DNA of 64,000 nucleotides from Rickettsia typhi (GTDB lineage Bacteria; Pseudomonadota; Alphaproteobacteria; Rickettsiales; UBA1997): NCBI GenBank assembly GCA_945901265.1, contig CAMDJZ010000004.1, positions 372 to 64,371 of the forward strand, read 5' to 3'. Shown piece by piece: positions 55,851 to 64,000 of this stretch (position 1 is its first letter; each line of letters starts with the position of its first letter). The notes under the pieces were generated by a model. It saw only the letters and a program-made list of their open reading frames with translations, ran no database searches and was not told where the DNA came from. The position numbers and the translations under genes were made by a program.

Positions 55851-56705
55851 TTATGCATTATTTATTTTTTTGCGATCGGAAATTTCGATTTTAATATAGT
55901 AAAAAATTGTAAATGGAATTGAGATGGCATAACTTACACCGATAATTGCTAGAGTTAGCCAAGGCTTAACAATTAAACCAATAATTATCGATCCCAGTAT
56001 CATTAATGTTACATAAGCAAATTCATTGCGAATGGGAATTTTTTTAATCGAAATTGTTGGAACTCGACTAGCTAAAAAAACAGCTAAAACCGAAACATAA
56101 GTAATGACAATTAATGGATTAGTATAAAAACCATCGCCAAATTCAAAATATAAAACCAAGGGAAGCACTGCCAATGCTGCGCCAACTGGAGCTGGTATTC
56201 CTTTGAAAAAAAATTTTTCAAGCAGTGGATTGTTAGTTTTATGATTTAAGTCAACATTGAATCGCGCTAAACGAATAACCATGCAAATGGCAAAAAATAA
56301 CACCATCGCCCAGTCAAAACCTTTTACATCCTGATAAGTATTAACCCAAAAATAAATGACAAACCCTGGAACCACTCCAAAATTTACAAAATCAATTAGC
56401 GAATCTAACTGCGCCCCAAACTCACTCGAAGTATTCAGGAATCTAGCTAATCGCCCATCGACCCCATCCATAAATCCCGCCACCAACAGTAATATTGTCG
56501 CATAGATAAAATCACCATCCATTGAAAATCTGATGGCGGTCAAGGTTAGACATAAACTTGAAATTGTTACCAAATTTGGCAACAATGAAAATAAGGTGTG
56601 AACTTGTCTTTCTTTACTGTGTGACTTATTTTTTGCTATTTTTTTGGAGGTAAAAACCATAAATTGGAAAATTAGTTTTAAAAAATTTTTAAGAAATCTT
56701 TGCAA
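55851..56705 (-). CDS. pssA: CDP-diacylglycerol-serine O-phosphatidyltransferase
   Basis: CDP-alcohol phosphatidyltransferase motif DGVDGRLARFLNTSSEFGAQLDSLID. Polytopic. The true start may be an internal Met. Confidence 0.85.
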   Translation of the reverse strand: MQRFLKNFLKLIFQFMVFTSKKIAKNKSHSKERQVHTLFSLLPNLVTISSLCLTLTAIRFSMDGDFIYATILLLVAGFMDGVDGRLARFLNTSSEFGAQLDSLIDFVNFGVVPGFVIYFWVNTYQDVKGFDWAMVLFFAICMVIRLARFNVDLNHKTNNPLLEKFFFKGIPAPVGAALAVLPLVLYFEFGDGFYTNPLIVITYVSVLAVFLASRVPTISIKKIPIRNEFAYVTLMILGSIIIGLIVKPWLTLAIIGVSYAISIPFTIFYYIKIEISDRKKINNA

Positions 56706-56776
56706 TATTTTTTAAGCTAATTTAGTTTTGTTGGCACAAATAAAATTGCAACCTTTAACTTTTTAATTTTTTTATA

Positions 56777-58750
56777 ATGACAAAAAAATCTCTTGCCAAT
56801 TGTCTTCGTTTCTTAGCTATAGATGCGGTTCAGAATGCCAATTCAGGACATCCAGGAATGCCGATGGGTATGGCTGATTTTGCAACAATTCTCTTTTGCG
56901 AATTTTTAAAATTTAATCCAAAAGATCCTAAATGGTTAAATCGTGATCGCTTTATTTTATCAGCAGGACATGGTTCGATGCTTTTATATTCACTCCTTTT
57001 TCTAACTGGATATGAAGATATATCGCTAGATGATATAAAAAATTTTCGTCAGCTCCATAGTAAATGTGCAGGCCATCCTGAATATGGCGAACTTGCTGGA
57101 ATTGAAACTACAACTGGACCTTTGGGTCAAGGTTTAGCAAATGCTGTTGGAATGGCGATTTCAGCTAAAATGATGCAAGCGAGAATTTCAAAAGAAATGT
57201 TTGATCATAAAATTTACGCATTAGTTGGCGATGGCTGTTTAATGGAGGGAATTTCTCAAGAATCTCTATCGCTTGCCGGACATCTTCAACTCAATAATCT
57301 TGTTGTAATCTGGGATAATAATTCAATTTCAATTGATGGCCATACTGCAATTACAACATCCGAGAATATTAAATTGCGCTTTGAAGCCCTTGGATTCAGT
57401 GTAATTAGCATTGACGGTCATGATCATGATCAAATAAGAAATGCTTTAAGATTGGCGCAAAATTCATCACAGCCTTTTCTAATTGATTGCAAAACAACAA
57501 TTGGTTTTGGTTCACCAAATAAAGCTGGTAGCGAAAAATGTCATGGCTCGCCTCTTGGAGCTGAAGAGGTTGCAAAAACCCGTCAACAATTAAATTGGAA
57601 TTACCAACCATTTGAAATTCCCAGCGAATTAATTTTAGAATTCCGTAATGCCCATTTAAGATGCCAAAATGATTACCAAAATTTTGATGAAAATTTTGCA
57701 AAATTATCACCTCAACAAAAAGCAAATCTTGAGGCAATAATTTACAAAAAATTTAGCGGAAATTTTCAAGAAAAAATTAAAAATTTTTATAAGACAATTA
57801 TCGAAAAAAAAGCTAATCAGGCAACTCGAAAATCATCACTTGATGTCTTGGAATTTTTAACATCTGAAATTACTGGTCTAATAGCTGGATCAGCGGACCT
57901 TACTGAATCAGTTCTAACTAAAACCTCTCACACTAAAGCAATTTCTAAAAATGATTTTTCGGGTAGTTATATTCACTATGGAGTTCGTGAACATGCAATG
58001 TCAGCAATAATGAATGGAATTTCACTGCATAGTAATTTCATTCCCTATGGTGGAACTTTTTTAGTTTTTAGTGATTATCTAAAACCTGCAATTCGCCTTT
58101 CAGCATTAATGCAAAAACAGATTTTTTATATTTTCACTCATGATTCAATTGGGCTTGGGGAAGATGGGCCAACGCATCAACCAATTGAACATTTAGCAAT
58201 GCTTCGTTCAATTCCCAATCTCCATGTTTTTAGACCATGTGACAGTGAAGAAACCCTAGCTTGTTATGAATTGGGTTTACAAAAAAATAATTCACCATCG
58301 GCATTTATTTTTAGTCGACAAGTTTTAAATTTTGTTGAAAAGGATAATAGAAGTTATCATCGCGGAGGATATATTATCAAGGCAGAAAATCCTCAACAAA
58401 AACTTGATGCAGTTATAATTGCAACTGGTTCAGAAGTGCAGATTGCGATTAGTGCTCAACAAAAATTACAAACCCAAAATATTAATTGTCGAGTTATTTC
58501 AATGCCATGTTCATCAATTTTTTTAGAACAAGATTTGCAATATCAACAAGAAACTTTAGGTGAAAAAAATATTTTACGAATCGGTGTTGAAGCTGGAATT
58601 CGTCAAGGCCTAGAGCGCTTCATTAATGACGGGATATTCATTGGCATGAACGGTTTTGGCGCATCAGGTAAAGCCGAAGATTTATTTAAATTTTTTAAAA
58701 TTACTGATGATGAAATTGTTAAAAATATAAAAGAAAATTTACAAAAATAG
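56777..58750 (+). CDS. tkt: Transketolase
   Basis: 657 aa. AIDAVQNANSGHPGMPMGMAD, GDGCLMEG and THDSIGLGEDGPTHQP. Confidence 0.95.
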   Translation: MTKKSLANCLRFLAIDAVQNANSGHPGMPMGMADFATILFCEFLKFNPKDPKWLNRDRFILSAGHGSMLLYSLLFLTGYEDISLDDIKNFRQLHSKCAGHPEYGELAGIETTTGPLGQGLANAVGMAISAKMMQARISKEMFDHKIYALVGDGCLMEGISQESLSLAGHLQLNNLVVIWDNNSISIDGHTAITTSENIKLRFEALGFSVISIDGHDHDQIRNALRLAQNSSQPFLIDCKTTIGFGSPNKAGSEKCHGSPLGAEEVAKTRQQLNWNYQPFEIPSELILEFRNAHLRCQNDYQNFDENFAKLSPQQKANLEAIIYKKFSGNFQEKIKNFYKTIIEKKANQATRKSSLDVLEFLTSEITGLIAGSADLTESVLTKTSHTKAISKNDFSGSYIHYGVREHAMSAIMNGISLHSNFIPYGGTFLVFSDYLKPAIRLSALMQKQIFYIFTHDSIGLGEDGPTHQPIEHLAMLRSIPNLHVFRPCDSEETLACYELGLQKNNSPSAFIFSRQVLNFVEKDNRSYHRGGYIIKAENPQQKLDAVIIATGSEVQIAISAQQKLQTQNINCRVISMPCSSIFLEQDLQYQQETLGEKNILRIGVEAGIRQGLERFINDGIFIGMNGFGASGKAEDLFKFFKITDDEIVKNIKENLQK

Positions 58751-58787
58751 TCAGTTAATTTTTTAATTAAATAATATTATAAATTAT

Positions 58788-59717
58788 TTAATTTAAACAT
58801 TTTTCAATATTATCAACTATATTTAGTAATATCTGGTTATATCCATTATTATTTAATATTTTTTCATTATCAATATTTTCATTATTTAAGCCAATCACAT
58901 CAAGCTTCTGGAATTTTATATTATAATTTTTAGCGATTTTCATAGCACTATTTTTTTCATCATTAATATCACCAAATAGACATTTAATTTTATTATTTTT
59001 TGCAATCTCATCAACTAATTTTAATTTATTTATTTTAATGTCCAAAGCATGATTATAGTCAATAACCATAATTGGTGTAAGATTAAAATATTTTTCAAAA
59101 TATTGATAGCAATCATGATAAAAAATAAAATTTTGTTCCTTAATTTTAATTAATTTTTTATTGATTAAGGAAATAACTTGCTGATTTTCTTGTTTAAATT
59201 TAACTAAATTTTGTTCATAAAACTGACAATTTTTTTGATCATTTATACATAATTTACTAACTACAGAATCAGCTATTAATATAGCATTATCAGGGTTTAG
59301 CCATAAATGATAATCGATATAATTAGAAGAATTTCTTGTCTTGTATAAATTTATTTTTTCAATTTCTGTTACTGTAAAAAACTTATTTTTTAACGGTGAA
59401 TTTTTTATAAGTTTAAACAGGGTCTTTTCATAACCCTCATCAATCATAAAAATCAAATCAACTTTTTGTAAAACCTTGACATCATCGCTTTTAAGTTGAT
59501 AATTATGCTCTGAAAAATTACTTTTAAAAACTAAAAAATTATCTGCTTTATCACCAGTAATTGCTAAAATAATTTGGTAAAGGGGATTAATCGAGCTAGC
59601 AATTTTAATTTTATTATCACTTTTTTTTTGATTTAAATTACTAGAATTATCATCAGCGTTACTTGCTTTAAAACTTACAAGCTGAAGGATTAATAAAATT
59701 AATAAAAATTTTTGCAT
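58788..59717 (-). CDS. znuA: Zinc/manganese ABC transporter substrate-binding protein (ZnuA/TroA-like)
   Basis: 309 aa with a signal peptide. SEHNYQLK and FYHDCYQYF metal-site-like His motifs. Divergent from znuC. Confidence 0.75.
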   Translation of the reverse strand: MQKFLLILLILQLVSFKASNADDNSSNLNQKKSDNKIKIASSINPLYQIILAITGDKADNFLVFKSNFSEHNYQLKSDDVKVLQKVDLIFMIDEGYEKTLFKLIKNSPLKNKFFTVTEIEKINLYKTRNSSNYIDYHLWLNPDNAILIADSVVSKLCINDQKNCQFYEQNLVKFKQENQQVISLINKKLIKIKEQNFIFYHDCYQYFEKYFNLTPIMVIDYNHALDIKINKLKLVDEIAKNNKIKCLFGDINDEKNSAMKIAKNYNIKFQKLDVIGLNNENIDNEKILNNNGYNQILLNIVDNIEKCLN

Positions 59718-59719
59718 AA

Positions 59720-60502
59720 ATGAATATTATTGAATTAAAAAAAGTTAGTTTAAAAATTAACCACGAAAAAATCATTAATGATATTTCTTTACAGTTTAAA
59801 AAAGGCCAGATTACTACCCTGATTGGTCCTAATGGTGGAGGTAAAACATCTATCGCCAAAATCGCTCTTCAACTCATAACTCCAACCTCAGGAAAGGTAA
59901 TTGCTGATAAGAAAATTCAGTATGGCTATATGCCTCAAAAAATAAATTTAGATAAAAGTTTTACGATTTCTGCGATTGATTTTATTGGTTTAGCAAAAAA
60001 AAATTTTATTGTCGATGATTATTTTAAAAAACTCTGCGATAGACTTGAAATTAATAAAATTTTAAATCAAAGGCTTCACGATCTCTCTGGTGGACAATTA
60101 CAAAAAATTATATTTCTTCGAGCAATTATAGGCAAGCCAGATTTTTTGGTACTTGACGAACCTACTCAATATATGGATATTAATGGTATTGCGGAATTTT
60201 ATCAAATTCTAAATGATATTCGCAATTTACAACATTGTGCAATTTTATTGGTCTCCCATGACTTAAATTTTGTAATGCAAAAAAGCGACGAAGTGATATG
60301 CGTGAATAGTCATATTTGCTGTCACGGTTCCGCTGAATCTCTTGTTACTAATCCCCAATATTTAGCATTATTTAATAAGGATTTTAATGTTTTAAAAAAT
60401 TCTAATTCCCATAATACTTTACATGATAATTCCAATAATTCATCACCAGAAATTGGCGATGAAATAGCTATCTACAAGCATTCGCATGATCATCATCATT
60501 AA
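59720..60502 (+). CDS. znuC: Zinc ABC transporter ATP-binding protein with His-rich tail
   Basis: 260 aa. GPNGGGKTS, LSGGQLQK and LVLDEP. C-terminus YKHSHDHHH. Confidence 0.85.
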   Translation: MNIIELKKVSLKINHEKIINDISLQFKKGQITTLIGPNGGGKTSIAKIALQLITPTSGKVIADKKIQYGYMPQKINLDKSFTISAIDFIGLAKKNFIVDDYFKKLCDRLEINKILNQRLHDLSGGQLQKIIFLRAIIGKPDFLVLDEPTQYMDINGIAEFYQILNDIRNLQHCAILLVSHDLNFVMQKSDEVICVNSHICCHGSAESLVTNPQYLALFNKDFNVLKNSNSHNTLHDNSNNSSPEIGDEIAIYKHSHDHHH

Positions 60503-60511
60503 TTAATTATT

Positions 60512-61306
60512 CTAAAAATCCTTAACTAACTTTTGAAAAAATTTTGCAGTTTCGCTTTGTGGATATTTTATTAAATAAGGAATTCGTTCTTCGCTACATT
60601 GAGAAATTTCAGGGATTATTGGCACTTCGCCTAAAAATTTTAAATCATAATCTATTGCCAATTTTTTAGCTCCATCTTCACCAAATAAAAAAATTTTTTT
60701 ACCAGCAATTTCAAGAAATGCCATATTTTGAATTATCCCTAAAAGTGGAATTTTTAATTTTTTAAAACAGTCAACAGACTTTACAGTATCAATCACAGAT
60801 AAGGTTTGTGGTGTAGAAACTAAAACAACTCCCGATAGTGGAAATTTTTCTGCTAAACTCAAATAAACATCTCCGGTTCCCGGTGGCATATCGATAATCA
60901 TTACTTCAACCTTATTCCCATCATATTGCCAGTTAACACTGCGAATTAATTGATAAAGAATTTTAGTTACCATCGGGCCTCGCCAAACTCCTGCGGAATT
61001 TGCATCAATCATCGTACCAATTGAAATACATTTGACTTTATTAGCTAGAATTGGCAAAAGAAAATCATCCTTAACTTGCGGCTTATCTTCAAAATTCATT
61101 AAACTTGGAATTGATGGGCCGTAGATATCTGCATCAAGTAAAGCGGTTTTCACGCCGATTTGACTTAAGGCAATTGCTAAATTACATGCAATTGTTGATT
61201 TACCAACCCCACCCTTTGCTGACGCAACGGCAATAATTTTTTTTACTCCGCTAACCTCGGGAATTTGGTTAATAAAATCAGCTAATGTTTTTTCGGTTTT
61301 TTGCAT
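60512..61306 (-). CDS. apbC: Mrp/ApbC/NBP35 family Fe-S cluster carrier ATPase
   Basis: 264 aa. Deviant Walker A AVASAKGGVGKST and DMPPGTGD. Confidence 0.9.
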   Translation of the reverse strand: MQKTEKTLADFINQIPEVSGVKKIIAVASAKGGVGKSTIACNLAIALSQIGVKTALLDADIYGPSIPSLMNFEDKPQVKDDFLLPILANKVKCISIGTMIDANSAGVWRGPMVTKILYQLIRSVNWQYDGNKVEVMIIDMPPGTGDVYLSLAEKFPLSGVVLVSTPQTLSVIDTVKSVDCFKKLKIPLLGIIQNMAFLEIAGKKIFLFGEDGAKKLAIDYDLKFLGEVPIIPEISQCSEERIPYLIKYPQSETAKFFQKLVKDF

Positions 61307-61501
61307 AATCTAATCTCAAAAGAATTTATAAATTCATCTAAAAAATTTATTGAATTTGTTTTTAGAGTCAATTAAATTGGACTTTATAAAAGTTATAAAT
61401 CTTTTCAAGTTCTGTTTTTTTTATTATTATTAAGACCTTGAAAATCATATATACACCGCTCGAATGAGTGTTTTATTTAAAATTTAAATTTATACTTTCT
61501 G

Positions 61502-63055
61502 ATGTTTAAACATTTTTCGCCCCATAAGCTAAGTTTAAAAAAACCATCACTTCTATATCCTAACTTGCAGCCAAGCTTTAATAATAATTTTTCCGTTGAC
61601 TCAAATTATAAAACTTTAGATGCAGACAAAAACTCTTTTAAAGATTTAATTCTTTTTAACAATAATGATTCCAACGATAACCCAGGGCCTTGGGGACCGT
61701 GGAATCAAGGTGATTCAAAAAAACCTTCATCAGCTGGAAATAATATTAAAAAAAATTCAAATCAATCAAACCAACAAAACGATAATAATAATTCGCAACC
61801 TAATAATGACGATCCTAACAAAAATGATAAGGATGAAAAAAATAAAAATTCTCAAAAAACTAATAATCAAAATCCTAAAATAGACTCAAGCACGGAGCGC
61901 AATAAACAATCAACATACAACTCACATAACCAGTCGCATAGCAGAAATAATAATGATGATGATAAGGATTTTTTTGATAAAATCATTGATAATTTTTTTG
62001 ATTTTTTAAAAAATCCAAATTTTTCGAAGTTAAAAAAATATGGTAATAATAATTCCGATAAATCTAAAATTGGCTTAGTAATTCTGAGTTTAATTTTATT
62101 TTATTTGGCAACTGGTTTTTATAAAGTTAATACCGATGAAAATGCCGCAATTTTATATTTTGGAAAATTCTACAAAGTAGCAACGCCTGGTTTAAATTAT
62201 TATCTACCCTATCCTTTTGGGCAGGTAATTAAAAAAAGCGTTACAACAGTTAATACTGAAGAGTTTGGCTTTGCATCCGATTCTCGTAAATCATCACCTA
62301 AAAGAAATCTAGATGCAGAAAGTTTAATGCTAACTGGCGATGAAAATATTGTTGATATTGAATTCCAAGTTCAATGGCAAATTTCTGATATCCGCGATTT
62401 CGTTTTCAATATTGCTGAACCAAATTCATCAATTCGTAAATCAGCCGAAAGTGCAATGCGTGAAATAATAGCGCGATCGCCAATTGCTGATGCATTATCT
62501 GATGGCAAACAACGCATTGAACAAGAAGCTAAAATTCTTCTTCAAGAAATTCTTGATTCATATGGCGCAGGTGTTCGAGTAATCTTGGTGCAAATGCGTC
62601 GAGTAGATCCACCAAGTCAAGTAATCGATGCCTTTCGCGATGTTCAAACTGCAAAAGCCGATAAGGAAAAAGAAATCAACCAAGCCCAAGCTTATTCTAA
62701 TGATATAATCCCTAGAGCGCGAGGTTTAGCTTCGCAAATGCTTGAACAATCACAGGCCTATTCTAAAGAAATTGTTGCCAATTCCGAAGGTGAAGCGGGA
62801 AGATTTAGTTCGATTTACACTCAATATTCAAAGGCTAAACAAGTTACTAAAAAAAGACTTTATCTTGAAACAATGGAGCAAATTTATCGCAATATTGATA
62901 AGGTTTACATTGATAAATCTATTTCTAAGTCAGCAGTAATGCCTTATTTTCCAGTTAATAATGGCATTACAAATGATAAAGTTAGTTCTATAAATAATTC
63001 TGAAAAAATTATTGAAAATACTTCACAAACAATTAAATCAACTCAGAAACCCTAA
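61502..63055 (+). CDS. hflK: HflK (SPFH/band-7) with long low-complexity N-terminal extension
   Basis: 517 aa. GPWGPW motif, TM helix, then an SPFH domain (LTGDENIVDIEFQVQWQI, VDPPSQVIDAFRDV). Followed by hflC. Confidence 0.85.
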   Translation: MFKHFSPHKLSLKKPSLLYPNLQPSFNNNFSVDSNYKTLDADKNSFKDLILFNNNDSNDNPGPWGPWNQGDSKKPSSAGNNIKKNSNQSNQQNDNNNSQPNNDDPNKNDKDEKNKNSQKTNNQNPKIDSSTERNKQSTYNSHNQSHSRNNNDDDKDFFDKIIDNFFDFLKNPNFSKLKKYGNNNSDKSKIGLVILSLILFYLATGFYKVNTDENAAILYFGKFYKVATPGLNYYLPYPFGQVIKKSVTTVNTEEFGFASDSRKSSPKRNLDAESLMLTGDENIVDIEFQVQWQISDIRDFVFNIAEPNSSIRKSAESAMREIIARSPIADALSDGKQRIEQEAKILLQEILDSYGAGVRVILVQMRRVDPPSQVIDAFRDVQTAKADKEKEINQAQAYSNDIIPRARGLASQMLEQSQAYSKEIVANSEGEAGRFSSIYTQYSKAKQVTKKRLYLETMEQIYRNIDKVYIDKSISKSAVMPYFPVNNGITNDKVSSINNSEKIIENTSQTIKSTQKP

Positions 63056-63073
63056 ACTATAATTTTTTTAACT

Positions 63074-63946
63074 ATGAATAATAGAATAAAACAAATTCTA
63101 ATCGTTGCTACTATCGCAGTTATTTTATTTGCTAGCTCAATTTTTACCATTGATCAAAGGCAACAAGCACTAATACTGCAATTTGGAGAGCCAATTCGCG
63201 TAATTAAAACGCCGGGAATAAAGTTCAAAGTTCCTTTTTTACAAAATGCAGTTATTTTTGATAAACGCATAATTGATTTGGTAATTTCTGAACAAGAGGT
63301 TATTGCTTCTGATCAAAAACGTTTAATCATTAATGCTTTCGCAAAATATCAAATTACTGATCCATTAAAATTTTATACATCAGTAGCAACGCAACAAGGC
63401 CTTTCAAGCAAGCTCTCCGGCATAATTGACTCAAGTCTAAGGCAAGTTATTGGTGAGGCTACTCTTAATGAGTTATTAACTGAAAATCGTACCAATATTA
63501 TGCAAGATATTAAAGATGCTGTTAGTAATTCATCGGAAATTTTTGGTATTAAAATTGTCGATGTTCGTATTATGCGTGCAGATTTACCAAAGGAAAACTC
63601 CGATGGAATTTTTGCTCGCATGCAAACTGAAAGAGAAAAAGAAGCTCGCGAAATTCGTGCTAAAGGTGCTGAAGAAGCTGATCGGATTCGCGCAGAAGCT
63701 GATAAACAACGTACCATTATTATTGCCGAAGCTAAAAAAACCGCAGATCTAACGCGAGGTGAAGGCGATGCTTCATCAATTAAAATTTTCGCCGAATCTT
63801 ATGGCAAGGATCCTGATTTTGCTGAATTTTATCGTTCATTATCTGCTTATAAAGAAGTTTTAAAAAGTGACAAAACCAGAATGGTTATATCTCCGGATAA
63901 TGAATTTTTTCGCTACATGAACACTTCATCATCTTCAAGAAATTAA
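63074..63946 (+). CDS. hflC: HflC (SPFH/band-7)
   Basis: 290 aa. N-terminal TM helix. IFTIDQRQQALILQFGEP and VDVRIMRADLP. Confidence 0.9.
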   Translation: MNNRIKQILIVATIAVILFASSIFTIDQRQQALILQFGEPIRVIKTPGIKFKVPFLQNAVIFDKRIIDLVISEQEVIASDQKRLIINAFAKYQITDPLKFYTSVATQQGLSSKLSGIIDSSLRQVIGEATLNELLTENRTNIMQDIKDAVSNSSEIFGIKIVDVRIMRADLPKENSDGIFARMQTEREKEAREIRAKGAEEADRIRAEADKQRTIIIAEAKKTADLTRGEGDASSIKIFAESYGKDPDFAEFYRSLSAYKEVLKSDKTRMVISPDNEFFRYMNTSSSSRN

Positions 63947-64000
63947 ACATCTCAATTTTATGTTTTTAATAAAATTATTTATAAAATTAATTTTTTTATT

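Noticed and set aside
63373-63752. 114-aa (-) and 78-aa (+) ORFs within hflC
   Set aside because: They are alternative-frame or antisense shadows of the conserved SPFH-domain gene.
1-64000. Search for tRNA, rRNA, tmRNA, integrase, transposase and toxin-antitoxin genes
   Set aside because: None was recognised by eye in any intergenic region or ORF. All spacers are short and extremely AT-rich without tRNA-like GC-rich arms. A tRNAscan/Infernal run would be needed for certainty.

Overview
The window is a very AT-rich (roughly 30% GC by eye, not computed), gene-dense piece of bacterial chromosome. I call about 53 protein-coding genes, many with 1-8 nt start/stop overlaps. By eye I found no rRNA, tRNA, CRISPR array, transposase or integrase. 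The gene content includes ruvC, fadB, an NtrX-like regulator without GAFTGA, the PPDK regulatory protein, a VirB10/TrbI homologue, ccmH, a small RNase D-like exonuclease, ubiG, pntB, hflKC and a ValRS with the archaeal/Rickettsia-type PPPTVSG-LHMGH signature. This fits an intracellular alphaproteobacterium of the Rickettsiales/Holosporales kind; I cannot name the species. Most of the window is housekeeping. The parts worth a second look are these. (1) A ~7 kb accessory segment (7319-14251) holds a umuDC operon bracketed by two eukaryote-like effector candidates. One is a GC-rich coiled-coil protein with KRK motifs and a GNGG/Tyr-rich tail. The other is a 1086-aa protein with about 10 near-identical 99-bp ankyrin units. 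Both share a KRK(A/R)EG motif followed by a Gly/Tyr-rich, Arg-terminated C-terminal tail. (2) An orphan VirB10/TrbI gene sits next to a 724-aa acyltransferase/alpha-beta-hydrolase fusion. (3) A translationally coupled MBOAT + AlgX/AlgJ-like O-acetylation pair abuts a purL gene reduced to its C-terminal half. (4) An omptin-like outer-membrane protease with conserved catalytic residues lies 1 nt after pntB. (5) A stand-alone prepilin-type protein carries a LamG-like C-terminal domain. Several perfect short tandem duplications (13, 22, 26, 27, 51 bp) are also present. All functional calls rest on motif-level recognition of the supplied translations; no database search was possible.
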